This document shows positions 1 through 15,000 of a stretch of 64,000 nt of DNA, in pieces (the stretch's first letter is position 1; every line of letters begins with the position of its first letter). This DNA comes from Macrostomum lignano (lineage: Eukaryota). Location of the stretch: the NCBI GenBank assembly GCA_002269645.1, contig NIVC01001519.1:1-64000 (forward strand), read 5' to 3'. The position numbers were made by a program, and so were the translations under genes. Under the pieces are notes generated by a model. The model was given only the letters and a program-made list of their open reading frames with translations, had not been told where the DNA came from and did not search any database.

Positions 1-3000
1 AGCATCACAGATCCCCAAGCATCACAGATCCTCAAGCATCACAGATCCCAAGCATCACAGATCCCAAGCATCACAGATCCCAAGCATCACAGATCCCAAG
101 CATCACAGATCCCAAGCATCACAGATCCCAAGCATCACAGATCCCAAGCATCACAGATCCCAAGCATCACAGATCCCAAGCATCACAGATCCCAAGCATC
201 ACAGATCCTCAAGCATCACAGATCCCAAGCATCACAGATCCCAAGCATCACAGATCCCCAAGCATCACAGATCCCAAGCATCACAGATCCCAAGCATCAC
301 AGATCCCAAGCATCACAGATCCCAAGCATCACAGATCCCAAGCATCACAGATCCCAAGCATCACAGATCCCAAGCATCACAGATCCCAAGCATCACAGAT
401 CCCAAGCATCACAGATCCCAAGCATCACAGATCCCAAGCATCACAGATCCCAAGCATCACAGATCCCAAGCATCACAGATCCCCAAGCATCACAGATCCC
501 AAGCATCACAGATCCCAAGCATCACAGATCCCAAGCATCACAGATCCCAAGCATCACAGATCCCAAGCATCACAGATCCTCAAGCATCACAGATCCCCAA
601 GCATCACAGATCCCAAGCATCACAGATCCCAAGCATCACAGATCCCCAAGCATCACAGATCCCAAGCATCACAGATCCTCAAGCATCACAGATCCCCAAG
701 CATCACAGATCCCAAGCATCACAGATCCCCAAGCATCACAGATCCAAGCATCACAGATCCTCAAGCATCACAGATCCCAAGCATCACAGATCCCCAAGCA
801 TCACAGATCCCCAAGCATCACAGATCCCAAGCATCACAGATCCCAAGCATCACAGATCCCCAAGCATCACAGATCCCAAGCATCACAGATCCCCAAGCAT
901 CACAGATCCCAAGCATCACAGATCCCAAGCATCACAGATCCCAAGCATCACAGATCCCAAGCATCACAGATCCCCAAGCATCACAGATCCCAAGCATCAC
1001 AGATCCCAAGCATCACAGATCCCAAGCATCACAGATCCCAAGCATCACAGATCCCAAGCATCACAGATCCCCAAGCATCACAGATCCTCAAGCATCACAG
1101 ATCCCCAAGCATCACAGATCCCAAGCATCACAGATCCCAAGCATCACAGATCCCCAAGCATCACAGATCCCAAGCATCACAGATCCCAAGCATCACAGAT
1201 CCAAGCATCACAGATCCCAAGCATCACAGATCCCCAAGCATCACAGATCCCAAGCATCACAGATCCCCAAGCATCACAGATCCCAAGCATCACAGATCCC
1301 AAGCATCACAGATCCCAAGCATCACAGATCCCAAGCATCACAGATCCCAAGCATCACAGATCCCAAGCATCACAGATCCCAAGCATCACAGATCCCAAGC
1401 ATCACAGATCCCAAGCATCACAGATCCCAAGCATCACAGATCCCAAGCATCACAGATCCCAAGCATCACAGATCCCAAGCATCACAGATCCCAAGCATCA
1501 CAGATCCCAAGCATCACAGATCCCAAGCATCACAGATCCCAAGCATCACAGATCCCAAGCATCACAGATCCCAAGCATCACAGATCCCAAGCATCACAGA
1601 TCCCAAGCATCACAGATCCCAAGCATCACAGATCCCCAAGCATCACAGATCCCAAGCATCACAGATCCCCAAGCATCACAGATCCCAAGCATCACAGATC
1701 CCAAGCATCACAGATCCCCAAGCATCACAGATCCCAAGCATCACAGATCCCAAGCATCACAGATCCCAAGCATCACAGATCCCCAAGCATCACAGATCCC
1801 AAGCATCACAGATCCCAAGCATCACAGATCCCAAGCATCACAGATCCCCAAGCATCACAGATCCCAAGCATCACAGATCCCAAGCATCACAGATCCCAAG
1901 CATCACAGATCCCCAAGCATCACAGATCCCCAAGCATCACAGATCCCAAGCATCACAGATCCCAAGCATCACAGATCCCAAGCATCACAGATCCCAAGCA
2001 TCACAGATCCCCAAGCATCACAGATCCCAAGCATCACAGATCCCAAGCATCACAGATCCCAAGCATCACAGATCCCAAGCATCACAGATCCCAAGCATCA
2101 CAGATCCCAAGCATCACAGATCCCAAGCATCACAGATCCCCAAGCATCACAGATCCCAAGCATCACAGATCCCAAGCATCACAGATCCCAAGCATCACAG
2201 ATCCCAAGCATCACAGATCCCAAGCATCACAGATCCAAGCATCACAGATCCCAAGCATCACAGATCCCCAAGCATCACAGATCCCCAAGCATCACAGATC
2301 CCAAGCATCACAGATCCTCAAGCATCACAGATCCCCAAGCATCACAGATCCCAAGCATCACAGATCCCCAAGCATCACAGATCCCAAGCATCACAGATCC
2401 CAAGCATCACAGATCCCCAAGCATCACAGATCCCCAAGCATCACAGATCCCAAGCATCACAGATCCCCAAGCATCACAGATCCTCAAGCATCACAGATCC
2501 CCAAGCATCACAGATCCCCAAGCATCACAGATCCCAAGCATCACAGATCCCCAAGCATCACAGATCCCAAGCATCACAGATCCCCAAGCATCACAGATCC
2601 CAAGCATCACAGATCCCAAGCATCACAGATCCCAAGCATCACAGATCCCAAGCATCACAGATCCCCAAGCATCACAGATCCCAAGCATCACAGATCCCAA
2701 GCATCACAGATCCCCAAGCATCACAGATCCCAAGCATCACAGATCCCAAGCATCACAGATCCCCAAGCATCACAGATCCCAAGCATCACAGATCCCAAGC
2801 ATCACAGATCCCAAGCATCACAGATCCCCAAGCATCACAGATCCCAAGCATCACAGATCCCAAGCATCACAGATCCCAAGCATCACAGATCCCAAGCATC
2901 ACAGATCCCAAGCATCACAGATCCCAAGCATCACAGATCCCAAGCATCACAGATCCCAAGCATCACAGATCCCAAGCATCACAGATCCCAAGCATCACAG

Positions 3001-6000
3001 ATCCCAAGCATCACAGATCCCCAAGCATCACAGATCCCCAAGCATCACAGATCCCAAGCATCACAGATCCCAAGCATCACAGATCCCAAGCATCACAGAT
3101 CCCAAGCATCACAGATCCCCAAGCATCACAGATCCCAAGCATCACAGATCCCAAGCATCACAGATCCCAAGCATCACAGATCCCCAAGCATCACAGATCC
3201 CAAGCATCACAGATCCCAAGCATCACAGATCCCAAGCATCACAGATCCCAAGCATCACAGATCCCAAGCATCACAGATCCCAAGCATCACAGATCCCAAG
3301 CATCACAGATCCCAAGCATCACAGATCCCCAAGCATCACAGATCCCCAAGCATCACAGATCCCAAGCATCACAGATCCCAAGCATCACAGATCCCAAGCA
3401 TCACAGATCCCAAGCATCACAGATCCCAAGCATCACAGATCCCAAGCATCACAGATCCCAAGCATCACAGATCCCAAGCATCACAGATCCCAAGCATCAC
3501 AGATCCCAAGCATCACAGATCCCAAGCATCACAGATCCCCAAGCATCACAGATCCCAAGCATCACAGATCCCCAAGCATCACAGATCCCAAGCATCACAG
3601 ATCCCAAGCATCACAGATCCCAAGCATCACAGATCCCAAGCATCACAGATCCCAAGCATCACAGATCCCCAAGCATCACAGATCCCAAGCATCACAGATC
3701 CCCAAGCATCACAGATCCCAAGCATCACAGATCCCAAGCATCACAGATCCCAAGCATCACAGATCCCAAGCATCACAGATCCCAAGCATCACAGATCCCC
3801 AAGCATCACAGATCCCAAGCATCACAGATCCCAAGCATCACAGATCCCAAGCATCACAGATCCCAAGCATCACAGATCCCAAGCATCACAGATCCCAAGC
3901 ATCACAGATCCCCAAGCATCACAGATCCCAAGCATCACAGATCCCAAGCATCACAGATCCCAAGCATCACAGATCCCCAAGCATCACAGATCCCAAGCAT
4001 CACAGATCCCAAGCATCACAGATCCCAAGCATCACAGATCCCAAGCATCACAGATCCCAAGCATCACAGATCCCAAGCATCACAGATCCCAAGCATCACA
4101 GATCCCAAGCATCACAGATCCCCAAGCATCACAGATCCCAAGCATCACAGATCCCAAGCATCACAGATCCCAAGCATCACAGATCCCAAGCATCACAGAT
4201 CCCAAGCATCACAGATCCCAAGCATCACAGATCCCAAGCATCACAGATCCCAAGCATCACAGATCCCCAAGCATCACAGATCCCCAAGCATCACAGATCC
4301 CAAGCATCACAGATCCCAAGCATCACAGATCCCAAGCATCACAGATCCCAAGCATCACAGATCCCAAGCATCACAGATCCCAAGCATCACAGATCCCAAG
4401 CATCACAGATCCCAAGCATCACAGATCCCAAGCATCACAGATCCCAAGCATCACAGATCCCAAGCATCACAGATCCCAAGCATCACAGATCCCAAGCATC
4501 ACAGATCCCAAGCATCACAGATCCCAAGCATCACAGATCCCAAGCATCACAGATCCCAAGCATCACAGATCCCAAGCATCACAGATCCCCAAGCATCACA
4601 GATCCCCAAGCATCACAGATCCCAAGCATCACAGATCCCAAGCATCACAGATCCCAAGCATCACAGATCCCAAGCATCACAGATCCCAAGCATCACAGAT
4701 CCCAAGCATCACAGATCCCAAGCATCACAGATCCCCAAGCATCACAGATCCCAAGCATCACAGATCCCAAGCATCACAGATCCCAAGCATCACAGATCCC
4801 AAGCATCACAGATCCCAAGCATCACAGATCCCAAGCATCACAGATCCCAAGCATCACAGATCCCAAGCATCACAGATCCCAAGCATCACAGATCCCAAGC
4901 ATCACAGATCCCAAGCATCACAGATCCCAAGCATCACAGATCCCCAAGCATCACAGATCCCCAAGCATCACAGATCCCAAGCATCACAGATCCCCAAGCA
5001 TCACAGATCCCAAGCATCACAGATCCCAAGCATCACAGATCCCAAGCATCACAGATCCCAAGCATCACAGATCCCAAGCATCACAGATCCCAAGCATCAC
5101 AGATCCCAAGCATCACAGATCCCCAAGCATCACAGATCCCAAGCATCACAGATCCCAAGCATCACAGATCCCCAAGCATCACAGATCCCAAGCATCACAG
5201 ATCCCAAGCATCACAGATCCCAAGCATCACAGATCCCAAGCATCACAGATCCCCAAGCATCACAGATCCCAAGCATCACAGATCCCAAGCATCACAGATC
5301 CCCAAGCATCACAGATCCCCAAGCATCACAGATCCCAAGCATCACAGATCCCCAAGCATCACAGATCCCCAAGCATCACAGATCCCAAGCATCACAGATC
5401 CCAAGCATCACAGATCCCCAAGCATCACAGATCCCAAGCATCACAGATCCCAAGCATCACAGATCCCCAAGCATCACAGATCCCAAGCATCACAGATCCC
5501 CAAGCATCACAGATCCCAAGCATCACAGATCCCAAGCATCACAGATCCCAAGCATCACAGATCCCAAGCATCACAGATCCCAAGCATCACAGATCCCAAG
5601 CATCACAGATCCCAAGCATCACAGATCCCCAAGCATCACAGATCCCAAGCATCACAGATCCCAAGCATCACAGATCCCAAGCATCACAGATCCCAAGCAT
5701 CACAGATCCCAAGCATCACAGATCCCCAAGCATCACAGATCCCAAGCATCACAGATCCCAAGCATCACAGATCCCAAGCATCACAGATCCCAAGCATCAC
5801 AGATCCCAAGCATCACAGATCCCCAAGCATCACAGATCCCAAGCATCACAGATCCCAAGCATCACAGATCCCAAGCATCACAGATCCCAAGCATCACAGA
5901 TCCAAGCATCACAGATCCCAAGCATCACAGATCCCCAAGCATCACAGATCCCAAGCATCACAGATCCCAAGCATCACAGATCCCAAGCATCACAGATCCC

Positions 6001-9000
6001 AAGCATCACAGATCCCAAGCATCACAGATCCCCAAGCATCACAGATCCCCAAGCATCACAGATCCCAAGCATCACAGATCCCAAGCATCACAGATCCCAA
6101 GCATCACAGATCCCCAAGCATCACAGATCCCAAGCATCACAGATCCCCAAGCATCACAGATCCCAAGCATCACAGATCCAAGCATCACAGATCCCAAGCA
6201 TCACAGATCCCAAGCATCACAGATCCCAAGCATCACAGATCCCAAGCATCACAGATCCCAAGCATCACAGATCCAAGCATCACAGATCCCCAAGCATCAC
6301 AGATCCCAAGCATCACAGATCCCAAGCATCACAGATCCCCAAGCATCACAGATCCCAAGCATCACAGATCCCCAAGCATCACAGATCCCAAGCATCACAG
6401 ATCCCAAGCATCACAGATCCCAAGCATCACAGATCCCCAAGCATCACAGATCCCAAGCATCACAGATCCCAAGCATCACAGATCCCAAGCATCACAGATC
6501 CCAAGCATCACAGATCCCCAAGCATCACAGATCCCAAGCATCACAGATCCCCAAGCATCACAGATCCCAAGCATCACAGATCCCAAGCATCACAGATCCC
6601 AAGCATCACAGATCCCAAGCATCACAGATCCCAAGCATCACAGATCCCAAGCATCACAGATCCCCAAGCATCACAGATCCCAAGCATCACAGATCCCCAA
6701 GCATCACAGATCCCAAGCATCACAGATCCCAAGCATCACAGATCCCAAGCATCACAGATCCCAAGCATCACAGATCCAAGCATCACAGATCCCAAGCATC
6801 ACAGATCCCCAAGCATCACAGATCCCCAAGCATCACAGATCCCCAAGCATCACAGATCCCAAGCATCACAGATCCCAAGCATCACAGATCCCAAGCATCA
6901 CAGATCCCCAAGCATCACAGATCCCAAGCATCACAGATCCCAAGCATCACAGATCCCAAGCATCACAGATCCCAAGCATCACAGATCCCAAGCATCACAG
7001 ATCCCAAGCATCACAGATCCCAAGCATCACAGATCCCAAGCATCACAGATCCCAAGCATCACAGATCCCCAAGCATCACAGATCCCAAGCATCACAGATC
7101 CCAAGCATCACAGATCCCAAGCATCACAGATCCCAAGCATCACAGATCCCAAGCATCACAGATCCCCAAGCATCACAGATCCCAAGCATCACAGATCCCA
7201 AGCATCACAGATCCCAAGCATCACAGATCCCAAGCATCACAGATCCCCAAGCATCACAGATCCCAAGCATCACAGATCCCCAAGCATCACAGATCCCAAG
7301 CATCACAGATCCCAAGCATCACAGATCCCAAGCATCACAGATCCCAAGCATCACAGATCCCAAGCATCACAGATCCCAAGCATCACAGATCCCAAGCATC
7401 ACAGATCCCAAGCATCACAGATCCCAAGCATCACAGATCCCAAGCATCACAGATCCCAAGCATCACAGATCCCAAGCATCACAGATCCCCAAGCATCACA
7501 GATCCAAGCATCACAGATCCCAAGCATCACAGATCCCAAGCATCACAGATCCCCAAGCATCACAGATCCCAAGCATCACAGATCCCAAGCATCACAGATC
7601 CCAAGCATCACAGATCCCAAGCATCACAGATCCCAAGCATCACAGATCCCCAAGCATCACAGATCCCAAGCATCACAGATCCCAAGCATCACAGATCCCA
7701 AGCATCACAGATCCCCAAGCATCACAGATCCCAAGCATCACAGATCCCAAGCATCACAGATCCCAAGCATCACAGATCCCAAGCATCACAGATCCCAAGC
7801 ATCACAGATCCCCAAGCATCACAGATCCCAAGCATCACAGATCCCAAGCATCACAGATCCCAAGCATCACAGATCCCAAGCATCACAGATCCCCAAGCAT
7901 CACAGATCCCAAGCATCACAGATCCCAAGCATCACAGATCCCAAGCATCACAGATCCCCAAGCATCACAGATCCCAAGCATCACAGATCCCAAGCATCAC
8001 AGATCCCAAGCATCACAGATCCCAAGCATCACAGATCCCAAGCATCACAGATCCCAAGCATCACAGATCCCAAGCATCACAGATCCCAAGCATCACAGAT
8101 CCCAAGCATCACAGATCCCAAGCATCACAGATCCCCAAGCATCACAGATCCCAAGCATCACAGATCCCAAGCATCACAGATCCCAAGCATCACAGATCCC
8201 CAAGCATCACAGATCCCAAGCATCACAGATCCCAAGCATCACAGATCCCAAGCATCACAGATCCCAAGCATCACAGATCCCAAGCATCACAGATCCCAAG
8301 CATCACAGATCCCAAGCATCACAGATCCCAAGCATCACAGATCCCAAGCATCACAGATCCCCAAGCATCACAGATCCCAAGCATCACAGATCCCAAGCAT
8401 CACAGATCCCAAGCATCACAGATCCCAAGCATCACAGATCCCAAGCATCACAGATCCCAAGCATCACAGATCCCAAGCATCACAGATCCCAAGCATCACA
8501 GATCCCCAAGCATCACAGATCCCAAGCATCACAGATCCCAAGCATCACAGATCCCCAAGCATCACAGATCCCAAGCATCACAGATCCCAAGCATCACAGA
8601 TCCCAAGCATCACAGATCCCAAGCATCACAGATCCCAAGCATCACAGATCCCAAGCATCACAGATCCCAAGCATCACAGATCCCAAGCATCACAGATCCC
8701 CAAGCATCACAGATCCCAAGCATCACAGATCCCAAGCATCACAGATCCCAAGCATCACAGATCCCAAGCATCACAGATCCCAAGCATCACAGATCCCCAA
8801 GCATCACAGATCCCAAGCATCACAGATCCCCAAGCATCACAGATCCCAAGCATCACAGATCCCAAGCATCACAGATCCCCAAGCATCACAGATCCCAAGC
8901 ATCACAGATCCCCAAGCATCACAGATCCCAAGCATCACAGATCCCAAGCATCACAGATCCCAAGCATCACAGATCCCCAAGCATCACAGATCCCAAGCAT

Positions 9001-12000
9001 CACAGATCCCAAGCATCACAGATCCCCAAGCATCACAGATCCCAAGCATCACAGATCCCAAGCATCACAGATCCCAAGCATCACAGATCCCAAGCATCAC
9101 AGATCCCAAGCATCACAGATCCCAAGCATCACAGATCCCAAGCATCACAGATCCCAAGCATCACAGATCCCAAGCATCACAGATCCCAAGCATCACAGAT
9201 CCCAAGCATCACAGATCCCAAGCATCACAGATCCCCAAGCATCACAGATCCCAAGCATCACAGATCCCAAGCATCACAGATCCCAAGCATCACAGATCCC
9301 CAAGCATCACAGATCCCAAGCATCACAGATCCCAAGCATCACAGATCCCAAGCATCACAGATCCCAAGCATCACAGATCCCAAGCATCACAGATCCCAAG
9401 CATCACAGATCCCAAGCATCACAGATCCCAAGCATCACAGATCCCAAGCATCACAGATCCCCAAGCATCACAGATCCCAAGCATCACAGATCCCAAGCAT
9501 CACAGATCCCAAGCATCACAGATCCCAAGCATCACAGATCCCAAGCATCACAGATCCCAAGCATCACAGATCCCAAGCATCACAGATCCCAAGCATCACA
9601 GATCCCCAAGCATCACAGATCCCCAAGCATCACAGATCCCAAGCATCACAGATCCCAAGCATCACAGATCCCAAGCATCACAGATCCCAAGCATCACAGA
9701 TCCCAAGCATCACAGATCCCAAGCATCACAGATCCCAAGCATCACAGATCCCAAGCATCACAGATCCCCAAGCATCACAGATCCCAAGCATCACAGATCC
9801 CAAGCATCACAGATCCCCAAGCATCACAGATCCCAAGCATCACAGATCCCAAGCATCACAGATCCCAAGCATCACAGATCCCAAGCATCACAGATCCCAA
9901 GCATCACAGATCCCAAGCATCACAGATCCCAAGCATCACAGATCCCAAGCATCACAGATCCCAAGCATCACAGATCCCAAGCATCACAGATCCCAAGCAT
10001 CACAGATCCCAAGCATCACAGATCCCAAGCATCACAGATCCCCAAGCATCACAGATCCCAAGCATCACAGATCCCAAGCATCACAGATCCCAAGCATCAC
10101 AGATCCCAAGCATCACAGATCCCAAGCATCACAGATCCCAAGCATCACAGATCCCCAAGCATCACAGATCCCAAGCATCACAGATCCCAAGCATCACAGA
10201 TCCCAAGCATCACAGATCCCAAGCATCACAGATCCCCAAGCATCACAGATCCCCAAGCATCACAGATCCCCAAGCATCACAGATCCCAAGCATCACAGAT
10301 CCCAAGCATCACAGATCCCAAGCATCACAGATCCCCAAGCATCACAGATCCCCAAGCATCACAGATCCCCAAGCATCACAGATCCCAAGCATCACAGATC
10401 CCAAGCATCACAGATCCCAAGCATCACAGATCCCCAAGCATCACAGATCCCAAGCATCACAGATCCCCAAGCATCACAGATCCCAAGCATCACAGATCCC
10501 CAAGCATCACAGATCCCAAGCATCACAGATCCCAAGCATCACAGATCCCAAGCATCACAGATCCCCAAGCATCACAGATCCCAAGCATCACAGATCCCAA
10601 GCATCACAGATCCCAAGCATCACAGATCCCAAGCATCACAGATCCCAAGCATCACAGATCCCAAGCATCACAGATCCCAAGCATCACAGATCCCAAGCAT
10701 CACAGATCCCAAGCATCACAGATCCCAAGCATCACAGATCCCAAGCATCACAGATCCCCAAGCATCACAGATCCCCAAGCATCACAGATCCCCAAGCATC
10801 ACAGATCCCCAAGCATCACAGATCCCAAGCATCACAGATCCCAAGCATCACAGATCCCAAGCATCACAGATCCCCAAGCATCACAGATCCCAAGCATCAC
10901 AGATCCCAAGCATCACAGATCCCCAAGCATCACAGATCCCAAGCATCACAGATCCCAAGCATCACAGATCCCAAGCATCACAGATCCCAAGCATCACAGA
11001 TCCCAAGCATCACAGATCCCCAAGCATCACAGATCCCAAGCATCACAGATCCCAAGCATCACAGATCCCAAGCATCACAGATCCCCAAGCATCACAGATC
11101 CCAAGCATCACAGATCCCAAGCATCACAGATCCCAAGCATCACAGATCCCAAGCATCACAGATCCCCAAGCATCACAGATCCCCAAGCATCACAGATCCC
11201 AAGCATCACAGATCCCAAGCATCACAGATCCCAAGCATCACAGATCCCAAGCATCACAGATCCCAAGCATCACAGATCCCCAAGCATCACAGATCCCAAG
11301 CATCACAGATCCCAAGCATCACAGATCCCAAGCATCACAGATCCCAAGCATCACAGATCCCAAGCATCACAGATCCCAAGCATCACAGATCCCAAGCATC
11401 ACAGATCCCAAGCATCACAGATCCCAAGCATCACAGATCCCAAGCATCACAGATCCCAAGCATCACAGATCCCCAAGCATCACAGATCCCCAAGCATCAC
11501 AGATCCCAAGCATCACAGATCCCAAGCATCACAGATCCCAAGCATCACAGATCCCAAGCATCACAGATCCCCAAGCATCACAGATCCCAAGCATCACAGA
11601 TCCCAAGCATCACAGATCCCAAGCATCACAGATCCCAAGCATCACAGATCCCCAAGCATCACAGATCCCAAGCATCACAGATCCCAAGCATCACAGATCC
11701 CAAGCATCACAGATCCCAAGCATCACAGATCCCAAGCATCACAGATCCCCAAGCATCACAGATCCCAAGCATCACAGATCCCAAGCATCACAGATCCCAA
11801 GCATCACAGATCCCAAGCATCACAGATCCCAAGCATCACAGATCCCAAGCATCACAGATCCCAAGCATCACAGATCCCAAGCATCACAGATCCCAAGCAT
11901 CACAGATCCCAAGCATCACAGATCCCAAGCATCACAGATCCCAAGCATCACAGATCCCCAAGCATCACAGATCCCCAAGCATCACAGATCCCAAGCATCA

Positions 12001-15000
12001 CAGATCCCAAGCATCACAGATCCCAAGCATCACAGATCCCAAGCATCACAGATCCCAAGCATCACAGATCCCAAGCATCACAGATCCCCAAGCATCACAG
12101 ATCCCAAGCATCACAGATCCCAAGCATCACAGATCCCAAGCATCACAGATCCCAAGCATCACAGATCCCAAGCATCACAGATCCCAAGCATCACAGATCC
12201 CAAGCATCACAGATCCCCAAGCATCACAGATCCCAAGCATCACAGATCCCAAGCATCACAGATCCCAAGCATCACAGATCCCCAAGCATCACAGATCCCA
12301 AGCATCACAGATCCCAAGCATCACAGATCCCAAGCATCACAGATCCCCAAGCATCACAGATCCCCAAGCATCACAGATCCCAAGCATCACAGATCCCAAG
12401 CATCACAGATCCCAAGCATCACAGATCCCAAGCATCACAGATCCCAAGCATCACAGATCCCAAGCATCACAGATCCCAAGCATCACAGATCCCAAGCATC
12501 ACAGATCCCAAGCATCACAGATCCCCAAGCATCACAGATCCCAAGCATCACAGATCCCAAGCATCACAGATCCCAAGCATCACAGATCCCAAGCATCACA
12601 GATCCCCAAGCATCACAGATCCCAAGCATCACAGATCCCAAGCATCACAGATCCCAAGCATCACAGATCCCCAAGCATCACAGATCCCAAGCATCACAGA
12701 TCCCAAGCATCACAGATCCCAAGCATCACAGATCCCAAGCATCACAGATCCCCAAGCATCACAGATCCCAAGCATCACAGATCCCAAGCATCACAGATCC
12801 CAAGCATCACAGATCCCCAAGCATCACAGATCCCAAGCATCACAGATCCCAAGCATCACAGATCCCAAGCATCACAGATCCCAAGCATCACAGATCCCAA
12901 GCATCACAGATCCCAAGCATCACAGATCCCAAGCATCACAGATCCCAAGCATCACAGATCCCAAGCATCACAGATCCCAAGCATCACAGATCCCCAAGCA
13001 TCACAGATCCCAAGCATCACAGATCCCAAGCATCACAGATCCCAAGCATCACAGATCCCCAAGCATCACAGATCCCAAGCATCACAGATCCCAAGCATCA
13101 CAGATCCCAAGCATCACAGATCCCAAGCATCACAGATCCCAAGCATCACAGATCCCAAGCATCACAGATCCCAAGCATCACAGATCCCAAGCATCACAGA
13201 TCCCAAGCATCACAGATCCCAAGCATCACAGATCCCAAGCATCACAGATCCCCAAGCATCACAGATCCCAAGCATCACAGATCCCAAGCATCACAGATCC
13301 CAAGCATCACAGATCCCAAGCATCACAGATCCCAAGCATCACAGATCCCAAGCATCACAGATCCCAAGCATCACAGATCCCAAGCATCACAGATCCCAAG
13401 CATCACAGATCCCAAGCATCACAGATCCCAAGCATCACAGATCCCCAAGCATCACAGATCCCCAAGCATCACAGATCCCAAGCATCACAGATCCCAAGCA
13501 TCACAGATCCCAAGCATCACAGATCCCAAGCATCACAGATCCCAAGCATCACAGATCCCCAAGCATCACAGATCCCAAGCATCACAGATCCCAAGCATCA
13601 CAGATCCCCAAGCATCACAGATCCCAAGCATCACAGATCCCAAGCATCACAGATCCCAAGCATCACAGATCCCCAAGCATCACAGATCCCAAGCATCACA
13701 GATCCCAAGCATCACAGATCCCAAGCATCACAGATCCCCAAGCATCACAGATCCCAAGCATCACAGATCCCAAGCATCACAGATCCCAAGCATCACAGAT
13801 CCCAAGCATCACAGATCCCAAGCATCACAGATCCCCAAGCATCACAGATCCCAAGCATCACAGATCCCAAGCATCACAGATCCCAAGCATCACAGATCCC
13901 AAGCATCACAGATCCCAAGCATCACAGATCCCAAGCATCACAGATCCCAAGCATCACAGATCCCAAGCATCACAGATCCCAAGCATCACAGATCCCAAGC
14001 ATCACAGATCCCAAGCATCACAGATCCCAAGCATCACAGATCCCAAGCATCACAGATCCCAAGCATCACAGATCCCAAGCATCACAGATCCCAAGCATCA
14101 CAGATCCCAAGCATCACAGATCCCAAGCATCACAGATCCCAAGCATCACAGATCCCCAAGCATCACAGATCCCCAAGCATCACAGATCCCAAGCATCACA
14201 GATCCCAAGCATCACAGATCCCAAGCATCACAGATCCCAAGCATCACAGATCCCAAGCATCACAGATCCCCAAGCATCACAGATCCCAAGCATCACAGAT
14301 CCCAAGCATCACAGATCCCAAGCATCACAGATCCCAAGCATCACAGATCCCAAGCATCACAGATCCCAAGCATCACAGATCCCAAGCATCACAGATCCCA
14401 AGCATCACAGATCCCAAGCATCACAGATCCCAAGCATCACAGATCCCAAGCATCACAGATCCCAAGCATCACAGATCCCAAGCATCACAGATCCCAAGCA
14501 TCACAGATCCCAAGCATCACAGATCCCAAGCATCACAGATCCCAAGCATCACAGATCCCAAGCATCACAGATCCCAAGCATCACAGATCCCAAGCATCAC
14601 AGATCCCAAGCATCACAGATCCCAAGCATCACAGATCCCAAGCATCACAGATCCCAAGCATCACAGATCCCAAGCATCACAGATCCCAAGCATCACAGAT
14701 CCCAAGCATCACAGATCCCAAGCATCACAGATCCCAAGCATCACAGATCCCAAGCATCACAGATCCCAAGCATCACAGATCCCAAGCATCACAGATCCCA
14801 AGCATCACAGATCCCAAGCATCACAGATCCCAAGCATCACAGATCCCAAGCATCACAGATCCCAAGCATCACAGATCCCAAGCATCACAGATCCCAAGCA
14901 TCACAGATCCCAAGCATCACAGATCCCAAGCATCACAGATCCCAAGCATCACAGATCCCAAGCATCACAGATCCCAAGCATCACAGATCCCAAGCATCAC